64,000 nucleotides of DNA, from assembly GCA_964016885.1 (NCBI GenBank), contig OZ024743.1, positions 138,756,001 to 138,820,000 of the forward strand, written 5' to 3'. Position numbers and translations under genes: made by a program. Positions 30,601-44,870 of the stretch are shown here, one piece after another (position 1 is the stretch's first letter; each line of letters opens with the position of its first letter). A model generated the notes under the pieces. It was not told the DNA's origin and did no database searches. It saw only the letters and a list, made by a program, of their open reading frames with translations. This stretch comes from Eledone cirrhosa. Its lineage: Eukaryota.

Positions 30601-33600
30601 ACCAATCACCAAGCACCAAGCACCAAACCCCAAGCACCAAACACCAAGCACCAATCACCAAACACCAAACACCAAGAACCAAGCACCAAGCACCAAACCC
30701 CAAGCACCAAACACCAAGCACCAATCACCAAACACCGAACACCAAGAACCAAGCACCAAGCACCAAACGCCAAGCACCAAGCACCAAGCACCAAGCACCA
30801 AGCACCAAACACCAAGCACCAAGTACCACACACCAAACACCAAGCACCAAGCACCAAACACCAAACACCAAACACCAGGCACCAAGCACCAATCACCAAG
30901 CACCAAGCAAAAACACAAAGCACCAAGCACCAAGCACCAAACACCAAACACCAAACACCAAGCCCAAATCACCAAAGAGCAAAAACAAAACACCAAGCAC
31001 CAAACACCAAACACCAAGCACCAAACACCAAACACCAAACACCAAACACCAAACAGCAAACACCAAACACCAAATAGCAAAAACCAAAGAGCAAACTCCA
31101 AGCACCAAACAGCAAACACAAAACACCAAACAGCAAACAGCAAACAGCAAACTCCAAACACCAAACACCAAGCACCAAGCACCAAATCCCAAGCACCAAA
31201 CACCAAGCACCAATCACCAAACACCAAGCACCAAGCACCAAACACCAAACACCAAGTACCAAGTACCAAACACCAAACACCAAGCACCAAACACTAAACA
31301 GCAAACGCAAAAAAGCAAATGCCAAACCCCAAACGCCAAACAGCAAACGCCCAGCACCAAACACCAAACACCAAGCGCCAAGCACCAAACACCAAACACC
31401 AAGCACCAAGCACCAAACACCAAACACCAAGCACAAATCACCAAACACCAAACACCAAGCGCCAAACACCAAACACCAAACACCTAGCACCAAGCACCAA
31501 GCACCAAACACCAAACACCAAGCACCAAACACCAAGCACCAAGCACCAAGCACCAAGCACCAAGCACCAAACACCAATCACCAAGCCCCAAGCATCAAAC
31601 ACCAAGCACCCAGCACCAAACACCAAACACCAAGCACCAAGCACCCAGAACAAAGCACCAAGCACCAAACACCAAACACCAAGCTCCAAGCACCAAACAC
31701 CAAACACCAAGCACCAAGCACCAAGCACCAAACACCAAACACCAAGCACCAAGCACCAAACACCAAACACCAAGCACCAATCACCAAACACCAAGCCCCA
31801 AGCGCCAAACACCAAACACCAAACACCTAGCACCAAGCACCAAGCACCGAACACCAAGCACCAAACACCAAGCACCAAGCACCAAGCACCAAGCACCAAG
31901 CACCAAACACCAATCACCAAGCCCCAAGCACCAAACACCAAGCACCAAGCACCAAACACCAAACACCAAGCACCAAGCACCCAGAACCAAACAGCAAACA
32001 CCAAACACCAAACACCAAACACCAAACAGCAAACACCAAACAGCAAACACCAAACAGCAAACAGCAAACAAGCACCAAGCACCAAACACCAAGCACCAAG
32101 CACCAAACAACAACACCAAGCACCAAGCACCAAACACCAAGCGCCAAGCACCAAACACCAAACACCAAGCTCCAAGCACCAAACACCATACACCAAGCAC
32201 AAAGCACCAAACACCAATCACCAAGCACCAAGCACCAAACCCCAAGCACCAAACACCAAGCACCAATCACCAAACACCAAACACCCAGCACCAAGCACCA
32301 AACACCAAGCACCAAGCACCAAGCACCAAACACCAAGCACCAAGTACCAAACACCAAACACCAAGCACCAAGTACCAAACACCAAACACCAAGCACCAAG
32401 CACCAAACACCAAACACCAAGCACCAAGCACCAAACACCAAACACCAGGCTCCAAGCACAAAACACCAAGCACCAAGCACCAAGCAACAAACACCAAACA
32501 CCAAGCACCAAACACCAAGCACCAAGCCCCAAGCACCAAACACCAAGCACCAAGCACCAAACACCAAGCACCAAGCACCAAGCACCATGCACCAAACACC
32601 AAGCACCAAGCACCAAACAGCAAACACCAAACAGCAAACACCAAACAGCAAACACCAAACAGCAAACACCAAACACCAAGCACCAAGCACCAAACACCAT
32701 ACGCCAAACAGCAAACACCAAGCACCAAGCACCAAACACCAAGCACCAAGCACCAAAGACCAAACACCAAGCACCAAGCACGAAACACCAAGCACCAAGC
32801 ACCGAGCACCAAACACCAAACACCAAACACCAAGCACCAAGCACCAAACACCAAACACCAAGAACCAAGCACCAAACACCAAATACCAAGCACCAAGCAC
32901 TAAACACCAAACACCAAGCACCAAACACCAAGCACCAAGCACCAAGCACCAAGCACCAAACACAAAACACCAAGTACCAAGCACCAAGCACCAAACACCA
33001 AACACCAAACACCAAGCACCAAGCACCAAACACCAAACACCAAGCACCAAGCACCAGAGACCAAGCACCAAGCACCAAGGACCAAACACCAAACACCAAA
33101 CACCAGGCACAAAGCACCAAACACCAAGCACCAAGCACCAAACACCAAAGACCAAGCACAAAGCACCAAAGAGCAAAAACAAAGCACCAAGCACCAAACA
33201 CCAAACACCAAACACCAAACAGCAAACACGAAACACCAAATAGCAAACACCAAAGGGCAAACTCCAAACACCAAACAGCAAACACAAAACACCAAACAGC
33301 AAACAACAAACAGCAAACAGCAAACAGCAAACAGCAAACAGCAAACACCAAACACCAAGCATCAAGCACCAAGCACCAAACACCAACACCAAGCACCAAG
33401 CACCAAACACCAAGCACCAAGCACCAAACACCAAACACCAAGCTCCAAGCACCAAAAAAAAAAAACACCAAGCACCAAACCCCAAGCACCAAACACCAAG
33501 CACAAAACACCAAGCACCAAGCACCAAACACCAAACATCAAACAGCAATCACCAAACATCAAACAGCAAACACCAAACACCAAACACCAAACATCAAACA

Positions 33601-34500
33601 CCAAACAGCAAACAACAAACAACAAACGCCAAACATCAAACGCCAAACACCAAACGCCAAATAGCAAACACCAAACCGCAAACACCAAACACCAAACAGC
33701 AAACACCAAACAGCGAACTCGAAACAGCAAACACCAAACAGCAAACAGCAAACAGCAAACACCAAACACCAAACACCAAGCACCAAACTCCAAACACCAA
33801 GCACCAAGCACCAAGCACAAAACACCAAGCACCAAGCGCTAAACATAAAACACTAAGCACCAAGCACCATGCACCAAGCACCAAACACCAAACATCAAAC
33901 ACCAATCACCAAACATCAAACAGCAAACACCAAACACCAAACACCAAACATCAAACACCAAATAGCAAACAACAAACAACAAACGCCAAACATCAAACGC
34001 CAAACACAAACACCAAATAGCAAACACCAAACCGCAAACACCAAACTCCAAACAGCAAACACCAAACACCAAACAGCGAACACCAAACAGCAAACACCAA
34101 ACAGCAAACACCAAACACCAAGCACCAAACACCAAACACCAAGCACGAAGCACCAAGCACAAAACACCAAGCACCAAGCAGCAAACACCAAGCACCAAAC
34201 ACCAAACACCAAGCACCAAGCGCCAAACACCAAGCACCAAGCACCAAGCACGAAACACCAAGCACCAATCACCAAACACCAAACACCAAGCACCAAACAC
34301 CAAACAGCAAACAGTAAACACCAAACACCAAACAGCAAACACCAAACACCAAACACCAAACAGCAAACACCAAACACCAAACACCAAACAGCAAACACCA
34401 AACAAACAGCAAACAGCAAACACCAAGCAGCAAACACCGAACAGCAAACACCAAACAGCAAACACCAATCACCAAACACCAAACACCAAACACCAAACAG
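26400..34500 (+). repeat. Older ~4.5-kb duplication (approx. 26.4-29.9 kb vs 31.0-34.5 kb)
   Basis: Offsets 4630 (26689/31319), 4465 (27753/32218, 28122/32587, A12 28989/33454) and 4514 (29325/33839). The copies differ by several substitutions. Confidence 0.8.
28989..29000 (+). repeat. A12 homopolymer interrupting the array (first of 5 homologous tracts)
   Basis: The context CTCCAAG-CACC-(A)n-CACCAAG-CACCAAA-CCCCAAG occurs at 28989 (A12), 33454 (A12), 40296 (A12), 50805 (A13) and 52988 (A13). Confidence 0.95.
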
Positions 34501-37500
34501 TAAACACCAAACACCAAACAGCAAACACCAAACACCAAACACCAAACAGCAAACACCAAACACCAAACACCAAACAGCAAACACCAAACAAACAGCAAAC
34601 AGCAAACACCAAGCAGCAAACACCAAACAGCAAACACCAAACACCAAACACCAAATAGCAAACACCAAACAGCAAACACCAAACAGCAAACACCAAACAG
34701 CAAACACCACACAGCAAACAGCAAACACCAAACACCAAACACCAAGCACCAAGCACCAAACACCAAGCACCAAGCACCAAGCACCAATCACCAAGCACCA
34801 AGCACTAAACACCAAACACCAAGCACCAAGCACCAAGCACCAAACAGCGAGCACCAAGCACCATGCACCAAACGCCAAGCACCAAGCACCAAACACCAAG
34901 CACCAAGCACCAAGCACCAAACACCAAGCACCAAAGACCAAGCACCAAATACCAAGCACCAAGCACCAAACACCAATCACCAAGCACCAAGCACCAAACA
35001 CCAAGAACCAAGCACCAATCACTAAACACCAAACACCAAGCACCAAGCACCAAACACCAAACACCAAGCACCAAGTACCAAACACCAAACACCAAACACC
35101 AAGCACCAAGCACCAAATCCCAAGCACCAAACACCAAGCACCAAGCACCAAACACCAAACACCAAGCACGAAGCACCAAGCATCAAATACCAAACACCAA
35201 ACACCAAGCACCACACATCAAACACCAAGCACGAAGCACCAATCGCCAAGCACCAAGCACCAAGCAATAAACACAAAGCACCAAGCACCAAGCACCAAGC
35301 ACCAAGCACCAAGCACCAAACACCAAGCACCAAGCACCCAACACCAAACACCAATCACCAAGCACCAAAGAGCAAACACGAAGCCCCAAGCACCAAACAC
35401 CCAACACCAAACACCAAACATCAAACACCAATCACGAATCACAAAACACCAAACACCAAACATCAAACACCAATCACGAATCACCAAGCACCAAACACCA
35501 AACACCAAGCACCAAGCACCAAGCACCAAACACCAAACACCAAGCACCAAGCACCAAACACCAAACACCAAGCACCAAACACCAAGCACCAAACAGCAAG
35601 CACCAAGCACCAAGCACCAGACACCAAGCACCAAGCACCAAACACCAAACACCAAGCACCAAGCACTAAACACCAAACACCAAGCACCAAGCACCAAGCA
35701 CCAAGCACCAAGCACCAAACACCAAGCACCAAGCACCAAGCACCAAGCACCAAGCACCAAGCACCAAACACCAAGCACCAAGCACCAAACAGCAAACACC
35801 AAGCACCAAACACCAAACACCAAACACCAAGCACCAAGCACCAAACACCAAACACCAAACACCAAGCACCAAGCCCCAAGCACCAAACACCAAGCACCAA
35901 GCACCAAACACCAAGCACGAAGCACCAAGCACCATGCACCAAACACCAAGCACCAAGCACCAAACAGCAAACACCAAACAGCAAACACCAAACACCAAAC
36001 ACCAACCAGCAAACACCAAACACCAAACACCAAACAGCAAACACCAAACAGCAAACACCAAACAGCAAACACCAAACACCAAACACCAAACAGCAAATGC
36101 CAAAAAGCAAACGCCAAACCCCAAACGCCAAACAGCAAATGCCAAACCCCAAACGCCAAACAGCAAACGCCAAGCGCCAAACGCCAAACACCAAGTGCCA
36201 AGCACCAAACACCAAACACCAAGCACCAAGCACCAAGCACCAAACACCAAACACCAAGCACCAAGTACCAAACACCAAACACCAAGCACCAAACACCAAA
36301 CAGCAAACGCCAAACCCCATACGCCAAACAGCAAATGCCAAACCCCAAACGCCAAACAGCAAACGCCAAGCACCAAACACCAAACACCAAGCGCCAAGCA
36401 CCAAACACCAAACACCAAGCACCAAGCACCAAACACCAAACACCAAGCACCAATCACCAAACACCAAGCACCAAGCGCCAATCACCAAACACCAAACACC
36501 TAGCACCAAGCACCAAGCACCAAACACCAAGTACCAAACACCAATCACCAAGCCCCAAGCACCAAACACCAAGCGCCAAGCACCAAACACCAAACACCAA
36601 GCACCAAGCACCCAGAACCAAGCACCAAGCACCAAACACCAAGCACCAAGCACCGAGCACCAAACACCAAGAACCAAGCACCAAGCTCTAAACACCAAAC
36701 ACCAAACACCAAACACCAAAGAGCAAATGCCAAAAAGCAAACGCCAAACCCCAAACCCCAAACGCCAAACAGCAAACGCCAAGCGCCAAACAACAAACGC
36801 CAAACAGCAAACGCCAACCACCAGATGCCAAACAGCAAACGCCAAACAGCAAACGCCAAACAGCAAACACCAAACACCAAACAGGAAACACCAAACACCA
36901 AACACCAAATAGCAAATACCAAACAGCAAACACCAAACAGCAAACACCAAACAGCAAACACCAGACAGCAAACAGCAAACACCAAACACCAAACACCAAG
37001 CACCAAGCACCAAACACCAAGCACCAAGCAACAAGCACCAATCACCAAGCACCAAGCACTAAACACCAAACACCAAGCACCAAGCACCAAGCACCAAACA
37101 GCAAGCACCAAGCACCATGCACCAAACGCCAAGCACCAAGCACCAAACACCAAGCACCAAGCACCAAGCACCAAACACCAAGCACCAAAGACCAAGCACC
37201 AAATACCAAGCACCAAGCACCAAACACCAATCACCAAGCCCCAAGCACCAAACACCAAGCACCCAGCACCAAACACCAAACACCAAGCACCAAGCACCCA
37301 GAACAAAGCACCAAGCACCAAACACCAAACACCAAGCTCCAAGCACCAAACACCAAACACCAAGCACCAAGCACCAAGCACCAAACACCAAACACCAAGC
37401 TCCAAGCACCAAACACCAAACACCAAGCACCAAGCACCAAACACCAATCACCAAGCACCAAGCACCAAACCCCAAGCACCAAACACCAAGCACCAATCAC

Positions 37501-40500
37501 CAAACACCAAACACCAAGAACCAAGCACCAAGCACCAAACCCCAAGCACCAAACACCAAGCACCAATCACCAAACACCGAACACCAAGAACCAAGCACCA
37601 AGCACCAAACGCCAAGCACCAAGCACCAAGCACCAAGCACCAAGCACCAAACACCAAGCACCAAGTACCACACACCAAACACCAAGCACCAAGCACCAAA
37701 CACCAAACACCAAACACCAGGCACCAAGCACCAATCACCAAGCACCAAGCAAAAACACAAAGCACCAAGCACCAAGCACCAAACACCAAACACCAAACAC
37801 CAAGCCCAAATCACCAAAGAGCAAAAACAAAACACCAAGCACCAAACACCAAACACCAAGCACCAAACACCAAACACCAAACACCAAACACCAAACAGCA
37901 AACACCAAACACCAAATAGCAAAAACCAAAGAGCAAACTCCAAGCACCAAACAGCAAACACAAAACACCAAACAGCAAACAGCAAACAGCAAACTCCAAA
38001 CACCAAACACCAAGCACCAAGCACCAAATCCCAAGCACCAAACACCAAGCACCAATCACCAAACACCAAGCACCAAGCACCAAACACCAAACACCAAGTA
38101 CCAAGTACCAAACACCAAACACCAAGCACCAAACACTAAACAGCAAACGCAAAAAAGCAAATGCCAAACCCCAAACGCCAAACAGCAAACGCCCAGCACC
38201 AAACACCAAACACCAAGCGCCAAGCACCAAACACCAAACACCAAGCACCAAGCACCAAACACCAAACACCAAGCACAAATCACCAAACACCAAACACCAA
38301 GCGCCAAACACCAAACACCAAACACCTAGCACCAAGCACCAAGCACCAAACACCAAACACCAAGCACCAAACACCAAGCACCAAGCACCAAGCACCAAGC
38401 ACCAAGCACCAAACACCAATCACCAAGCCCCAAGCATCAAACACCAAGCACCCAGCACCAAACACCAAACACCAAGCACCAAGCACCCAGAACAAAGCAC
38501 CAAGCACCAAACACCAAACACCAAGCTCCAAGCACCAAACACCAAACACCAAGCACCAAGCACCAAGCACCAAACACCAAACACCAAGCACCAAGCACCA
38601 AACACCAAACACCAAGCACCAATCACCAAACACCAAGCCCCAAGCGCCAAACACCAAACACCAAACACCTAGCACCAAGCACCAAGCACCGAACACCAAG
38701 CACCAAACACCAAGCACCAAGCACCAAGCACCAAGCACCAAGCACCAAACACCAATCACCAAGCCCCAAGCACCAAACACCAAGCACCAAGCACCAAACA
38801 CCAAACACCAAGCACCAAGCACCCAGAACCAAACAGCAAACACCAAACACCAAACACCAAACACCAAACAGCAAACACCAAACAGCAAACACCAAACAGC
38901 AAACAGCAAACAAGCACCAAGCACCAAACACCAAGCACCAAGCACCAAACAACAACACCAAGCACCAAGCACCAAACACCAAGCGCCAAGCACCAAACAC
39001 CAAACACCAAGCTCCAAGCACCAAACACCATACACCAAGCACAAAGCACCAAACACCAATCACCAAGCACCAAGCACCAAACCCCAAGCACCAAACACCA
39101 AGCACCAATCACCAAACACCAAACACCCAGCACCAAGCACCAAACACCAAGCACCAAGCACCAAGCACCAAACACCAAGCACCAAGTACCAAACACCAAA
39201 CACCAAGCACCAAGTACCAAACACCAAACACCAAGCACCAAGCACCAAACACCAAACACCAAGCACCAAGCACCAAACACCAAACACCAGGCTCCAAGCA
39301 CAAAACACCAAGCACCAAGCACCAAGCAACAAACACCAAACACCAAGCACCAAACACCAAGCACCAAGCCCCAAGCACCAAACACCAAGCACCAAGCACC
39401 AAACACCAAGCACCAAGCACCAAGCACCATGCACCAAACACCAAGCACCAAGCACCAAACAGCAAACACCAAACAGCAAACACCAAACAGCAAACACCAA
39501 ACAGCAAACACCAAACACCAAGCACCAAGCACCAAACACCATACGCCAAACAGCAAACACCAAGCACCAAGCACCAAACACCAAGCACCAAGCACCAAAG
39601 ACCAAACACCAAGCACCAAGCACGAAACACCAAGCACCAAGCACCGAGCACCAAACACCAAACACCAAACACCAAGCACCAAGCACCAAACACCAAACAC
39701 CAAGAACCAAGCACCAAACACCAAATACCAAGCACCAAGCACTAAACACCAAACACCAAGCACCAAACACCAAGCACCAAGCACCAAGCACCAAGCACCA
39801 AACACAAAACACCAAGTACCAAGCACCAAGCACCAAACACCAAACACCAAACACCAAGCACCAAGCACCAAACACCAAACACCAAGCACCAAGCACCAGA
39901 GACCAAGCACCAAGCACCAAGGACCAAACACCAAACACCAAACACCAGGCACAAAGCACCAAACACCAAGCACCAAGCACCAAACACCAAAGACCAAGCA
40001 CAAAGCACCAAAGAGCAAAAACAAAGCACCAAGCACCAAACACCAAACACCAAACACCAAACAGCAAACACGAAACACCAAATAGCAAACACCAAAGGGC
40101 AAACTCCAAACACCAAACAGCAAACACAAAACACCAAACAGCAAACAACAAACAGCAAACAGCAAACAGCAAACAGCAAACAGCAAACACCAAACACCAA
40201 GCATCAAGCACCAAGCACCAAACACCAACACCAAGCACCAAGCACCAAACACCAAGCACCAAGCACCAAACACCAAACACCAAGCTCCAAGCACCAAAAA
40301 AAAAAAACACCAAGCACCAAACCCCAAGCACCAAACACCAAGCACAAAACACCAAGCACCAAGCACCAAACACCAAACATCAAACAGCAATCACCAAACA
40401 TCAAACAGCAAACACCAAACACCAAACACCAAACATCAAACACCAAACAGCAAACAACAAACAACAAACGCCAAACATCAAACGCCAAACACCAAACGCC

Positions 40501-43500
40501 AAATAGCAAACACCAAACCGCAAACACCAAACACCAAACAGCAAACACCAAACAGCGAACTCGAAACAGCAAACACCAAACAGCAAACACCAAGCACCAA
40601 ACTCCAAACACCAAGCACCAAGCACCAAGCACAAAACACCAAGCACCAAGCGCTAAACATAAAACACTAAGCACCAAGCACCATGCACCAAGCACCAAAC
40701 ACCAAACATCAAACACCAATCACCAAACATCAAACAGCAAACACCAAACACCAAACACCAAACATCAAACACCAAATAGCAAACAACAAACAACAAACGC
40801 CAAACATCAAACGCCAAACACAAACACCAAATAGCAAACACCAAACCGCAAACACCAAACTCCAAACAGCAAACACCAAACACCAAACAGCGAACACCAA
40901 ACAGCAAACACCAAACAGCAAACACCAAACACCAAGCACCAAACACCAAACACCAAGCACGAAGCACCAAGCACAAAACACCAAGCACCAAGCAGCAAAC
41001 ACCAAGCACCAAACACCAAACACCAAGCACCAAGCGCCAAACACCAAGCACCAAGCACCAAGCACGAAACACCAAGCACCAATCACCAAACACCAAACAC
41101 CAAGCACCAAACACCAAACAGCAAACAGTAAACACCAAACACCAAACAGCAAACACCAAACACCAAACACCAAACAGCAAACACCAAACACCAAACACCA
41201 AACAGCAAACACCAAACAAACAGCAAACAGCAAACACCAAGCAGCAAACACCGAACAGCAAACACCAAACAGCAAACACCAATCACCAAACACCAAACAC
41301 CAAACACCAAACAGTAAACACCAAACACCAAACAGCAAACACCAAACACCAAACACCAAACAGCAAACACCAAACACCAAACACCAAACAGCAAACACCA
41401 AACAAACAGCAAACAGCAAACACCAAGCAGCAAACACCAAACAGCAAACACCAAACACCAAACACCAAATAGCAAACACCAAACAGCAAACACCAAACAG
41501 CAAACACCAAACAGCAAACACCACACAGCAAACAGCAAACACCAAACACCAAACACCAAGCACCAAGCACCAAACACCAAGCACCAAGCACCAAGCACCA
41601 ATCACCAAGCACCAAGCACTAAACACCAAACACCAAGCACCAAGCACCAAGCACCAAACAGCGAGCACCAAGCACCATGCACCAAACGCCAAGCACCAAG
41701 CACCAAACACCAAGCACCAAGCACCAAGCACCAAACACCAAGCACCAAAGACCAAGCACCAAATACCAAGCACCAAGCACCAAACACCAATCACCAAGCA
41801 CCAAGCACCAAACACCAAGAACCAAGCACCAATCACTAAACACCAAACACCAAGCACCAAGCACCAAACACCAAACACCAAGCACCAAGTACCAAACACC
41901 AAACACCAAACACCAAGCACCAAGCACCAAATCCCAAGCACCAAACACCAAGCACCAAGCACCAAACACCAAACACCAAGCACGAAGCACCAAGCATCAA
42001 ATACCAAACACCAAACACCAAGCACCACACATCAAACACCAAGCACGAAGCACCAATCGCCAAGCACCAAGCACCAAGCAATAAACACAAAGCACCAAGC
42101 ACCAAGCACCAAGCACCAAGCACCAAGCACCAAACACCAAGCACCAAGCACCCAACACCAAACACCAATCACCAAGCACCAAAGAGCAAACACGAAGCCC
42201 CAAGCACCAAACACCCAACACCAAACACCAAACATCAAACACCAATCACGAATCACAAAACACCAAACACCAAACATCAAACACCAATCACGAATCACCA
42301 AGCACCAAACACCAAACACCAAGCACCAAGCACCAAGCACCAAACACCAAACACCAAGCACCAAGCACCAAACACCAAACACCAAGCACCAAACACCAAG
42401 CACCAAACAGCAAGCACCAAGCACCAAGCACCAGACACCAAGCACCAAGCACCAAACACCAAACACCAAGCACCAAGCACTAAACACCAAACACCAAGCA
42501 CCAAGCACCAAGCACCAAGCACCAAGCACCAAACACCAAGCACCAAGCACCAAGCACCAAGCACCAAGCACCAAGCACCAAACACCAAGCACCAAGCACC
42601 AAACAGCAAACACCAAGCACCAAACACCAAACACCAAACACCAAGCACCAAGCACCAAACACCAAACACCAAACACCAAGCACCAAGCCCCAAGCACCAA
42701 ACACCAAGCACCAAGCACCAAACACCAAGCACGAAGCACCAAGCACCATGCACCAAACACCAAGCACCAAGCACCAAACAGCAAACACCAAACAGCAAAC
42801 ACCAAACACCAAACACCAACCAGCAAACACCAAACACCAAACACCAAACAGCAAACACCAAACAGCAAACACCAAACAGCAAACACCAAACACCAAACAC
42901 CAAACAGCAAATGCCAAAAAGCAAACGCCAAACCCCAAACGCCAAACAGCAAATGCCAAACCCCAAACGCCAAACAGCAAACGCCAAGCGCCAAACGCCA
43001 AACACCAAGTGCCAAGCACCAAACACCAAACACCAAGCACCAAGCACCAAGCACCAAACACCAAACACCAAGCACCAAGTACCAAACACCAAACACCAAG
43101 CACCAAACACCAAACAGCAAACGCCAAACCCCATACGCCAAACAGCAAATGCCAAACCCCAAACGCCAAACAGCAAACGCCAAGCACCAAACACCAAACA
43201 CCAAGCGCCAAGCACCAAACACCAAACACCAAGCACCAAGCACCAAACACCAAACACCAAGCACCAATCACCAAACACCAAGCACCAAGCGCCAATCACC
43301 AAACACCAAACACCTAGCACCAAGCACCAAGCACCAAACACCAAGTACCAAACACCAATCACCAAGCCCCAAGCACCAAACACCAAGCGCCAAGCACCAA
43401 ACACCAAACACCAAGCACCAAGCACCCAGAACCAAGCACCAAGCACCAAACACCAAGCACCAAGCACCGAGCACCAAACACCAAGAACCAAGCACCAAGC

Positions 43501-43604
43501 TCTAAACACCAAACACCAAACACCAAACACCAAAGAGCAAATGCCAAAAAGCAAACGCCAAACCCCAAACCCCAAACGCCAAACAGCAAACGCCAAGCGC
43601 CAAA
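29949..43604 (+). repeat. Near-perfect 6.8-kb tandem duplication (29949-36790 / 36791-43604)
   Basis: Offset 6842 (ORFs 29983/36825, 31319/38161; A12 33454/40296), then 6814 (33869/40683, 36097/42911) after one 28-bp indel. The 781-aa and 940-aa translations appear identical between copies. The marker CGCCAAC-CACCAGA-TGCCAAA was seen only at ~29970 and ~36812. Confidence 0.95.
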
Positions 43605-44870
43605 CGCCAAACACCAAGCGCCAAGCACCAAACACCAAACACCAAGCACCAAGCACCAAACACCAAACACCAAGCACCAAGTACCAAACACCAAACACCA
43701 AGCACCAAACACCAAACAGCAAACGCCAAAAAGAAAACGCCAAACCCCATACGCCAAACAGCAAATGCCAAACCCCAAACGCCAAACAGCAAACGCCAAG
43801 CACCAAACACCAAACACCAAGCGCCAAGCACCAAACACCAAACACCAAGCACCAAGCACCAAACACCAAACACCAAGCACCAATCACCAAACACCAAGCA
43901 CCAAGCGCCAATCACCAAACACCAAACACCTAGCACCAAGCACCAAGCACCAAACACCAAGTACCAAACACCAATCACCAAGCCCCAAGCACCAAACACC
44001 AAGCGCCAAGCACCAAACACCAAACACCAAGCACCAAGCACCCAGAACCAAGCACCAAGCACCAAACACCAAGCACCAAGCACCGAGCACCAAACACCAA
44101 GAACCAAGCACCAAGCTCTAAACACCAAACACCAAACACCAAACACCAAAGAGCAAATGCCAAAAAGCAAACGCCAAACCCCAAACCCCAAACGCCAAAC
44201 AGCAAACGCCAAGCGCCAAACGCCAAACACCAAGCGCCAAGCACCAAACACCAAACACCAAGCACCAAGCACCAAACACCAAACACCAAGCACCAAGTAC
44301 CAAACACCAAACACCAAGCACCAAACACCAAACAGCAAACGCCAAAAAGAAAACGCCAAACCCCATACGCCAAACAGCAAATGCCAAACCCCAAACGCCA
44401 AACAGCAAACGCCAAGCACCAAACACCAAACACCAAGCACCAAGCACCAAACACCAAACACCAAGCACCAAGCACCAAACACCAAACACCAAGCACCAAT
44501 CACCAAACACCAAGCACCAAGCGCCAATCACCAAACACCAAACACCTAGCACCAAGCACCAAGCACCAAACACCAAGTACCAAACACCAATCACCAAGCC
44601 CCAAGCACCAAACACCAAGCGCCAAGCACCAAACACCAAACACCAAGCACCAAGCACCCAGAACCAAGCACCAAGCACCAAACACCAAGCACCAAGCACC
44701 GAGCACCAAACACCAAGAACCAAGCACCAAGCTCTAAACACCAAACACCAAACACCAAACACCAAAGAGCAAATGCCAAAAAGCAAACGCCAAACCCCAA
44801 ACCCCAAACGCCAAACAGCAAACGCCAAGCGCCAAACGCCAAACACCAAGCGCCAAGCACCAAACACCAA
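43122..44870 (+). repeat. 616-bp (88-monomer) higher-order repeat, ~2.8 tandem copies
   Basis: Markers recur every 616 bp: CCCCATA 43129/43745/44361; CTCTAAA 43500/44116/44732; ORFs 43268/43884/44500. Related pairs occur at 46208/46823 (615), 56584/57200 (616) and 62285/62908 (623). Confidence 0.93.
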
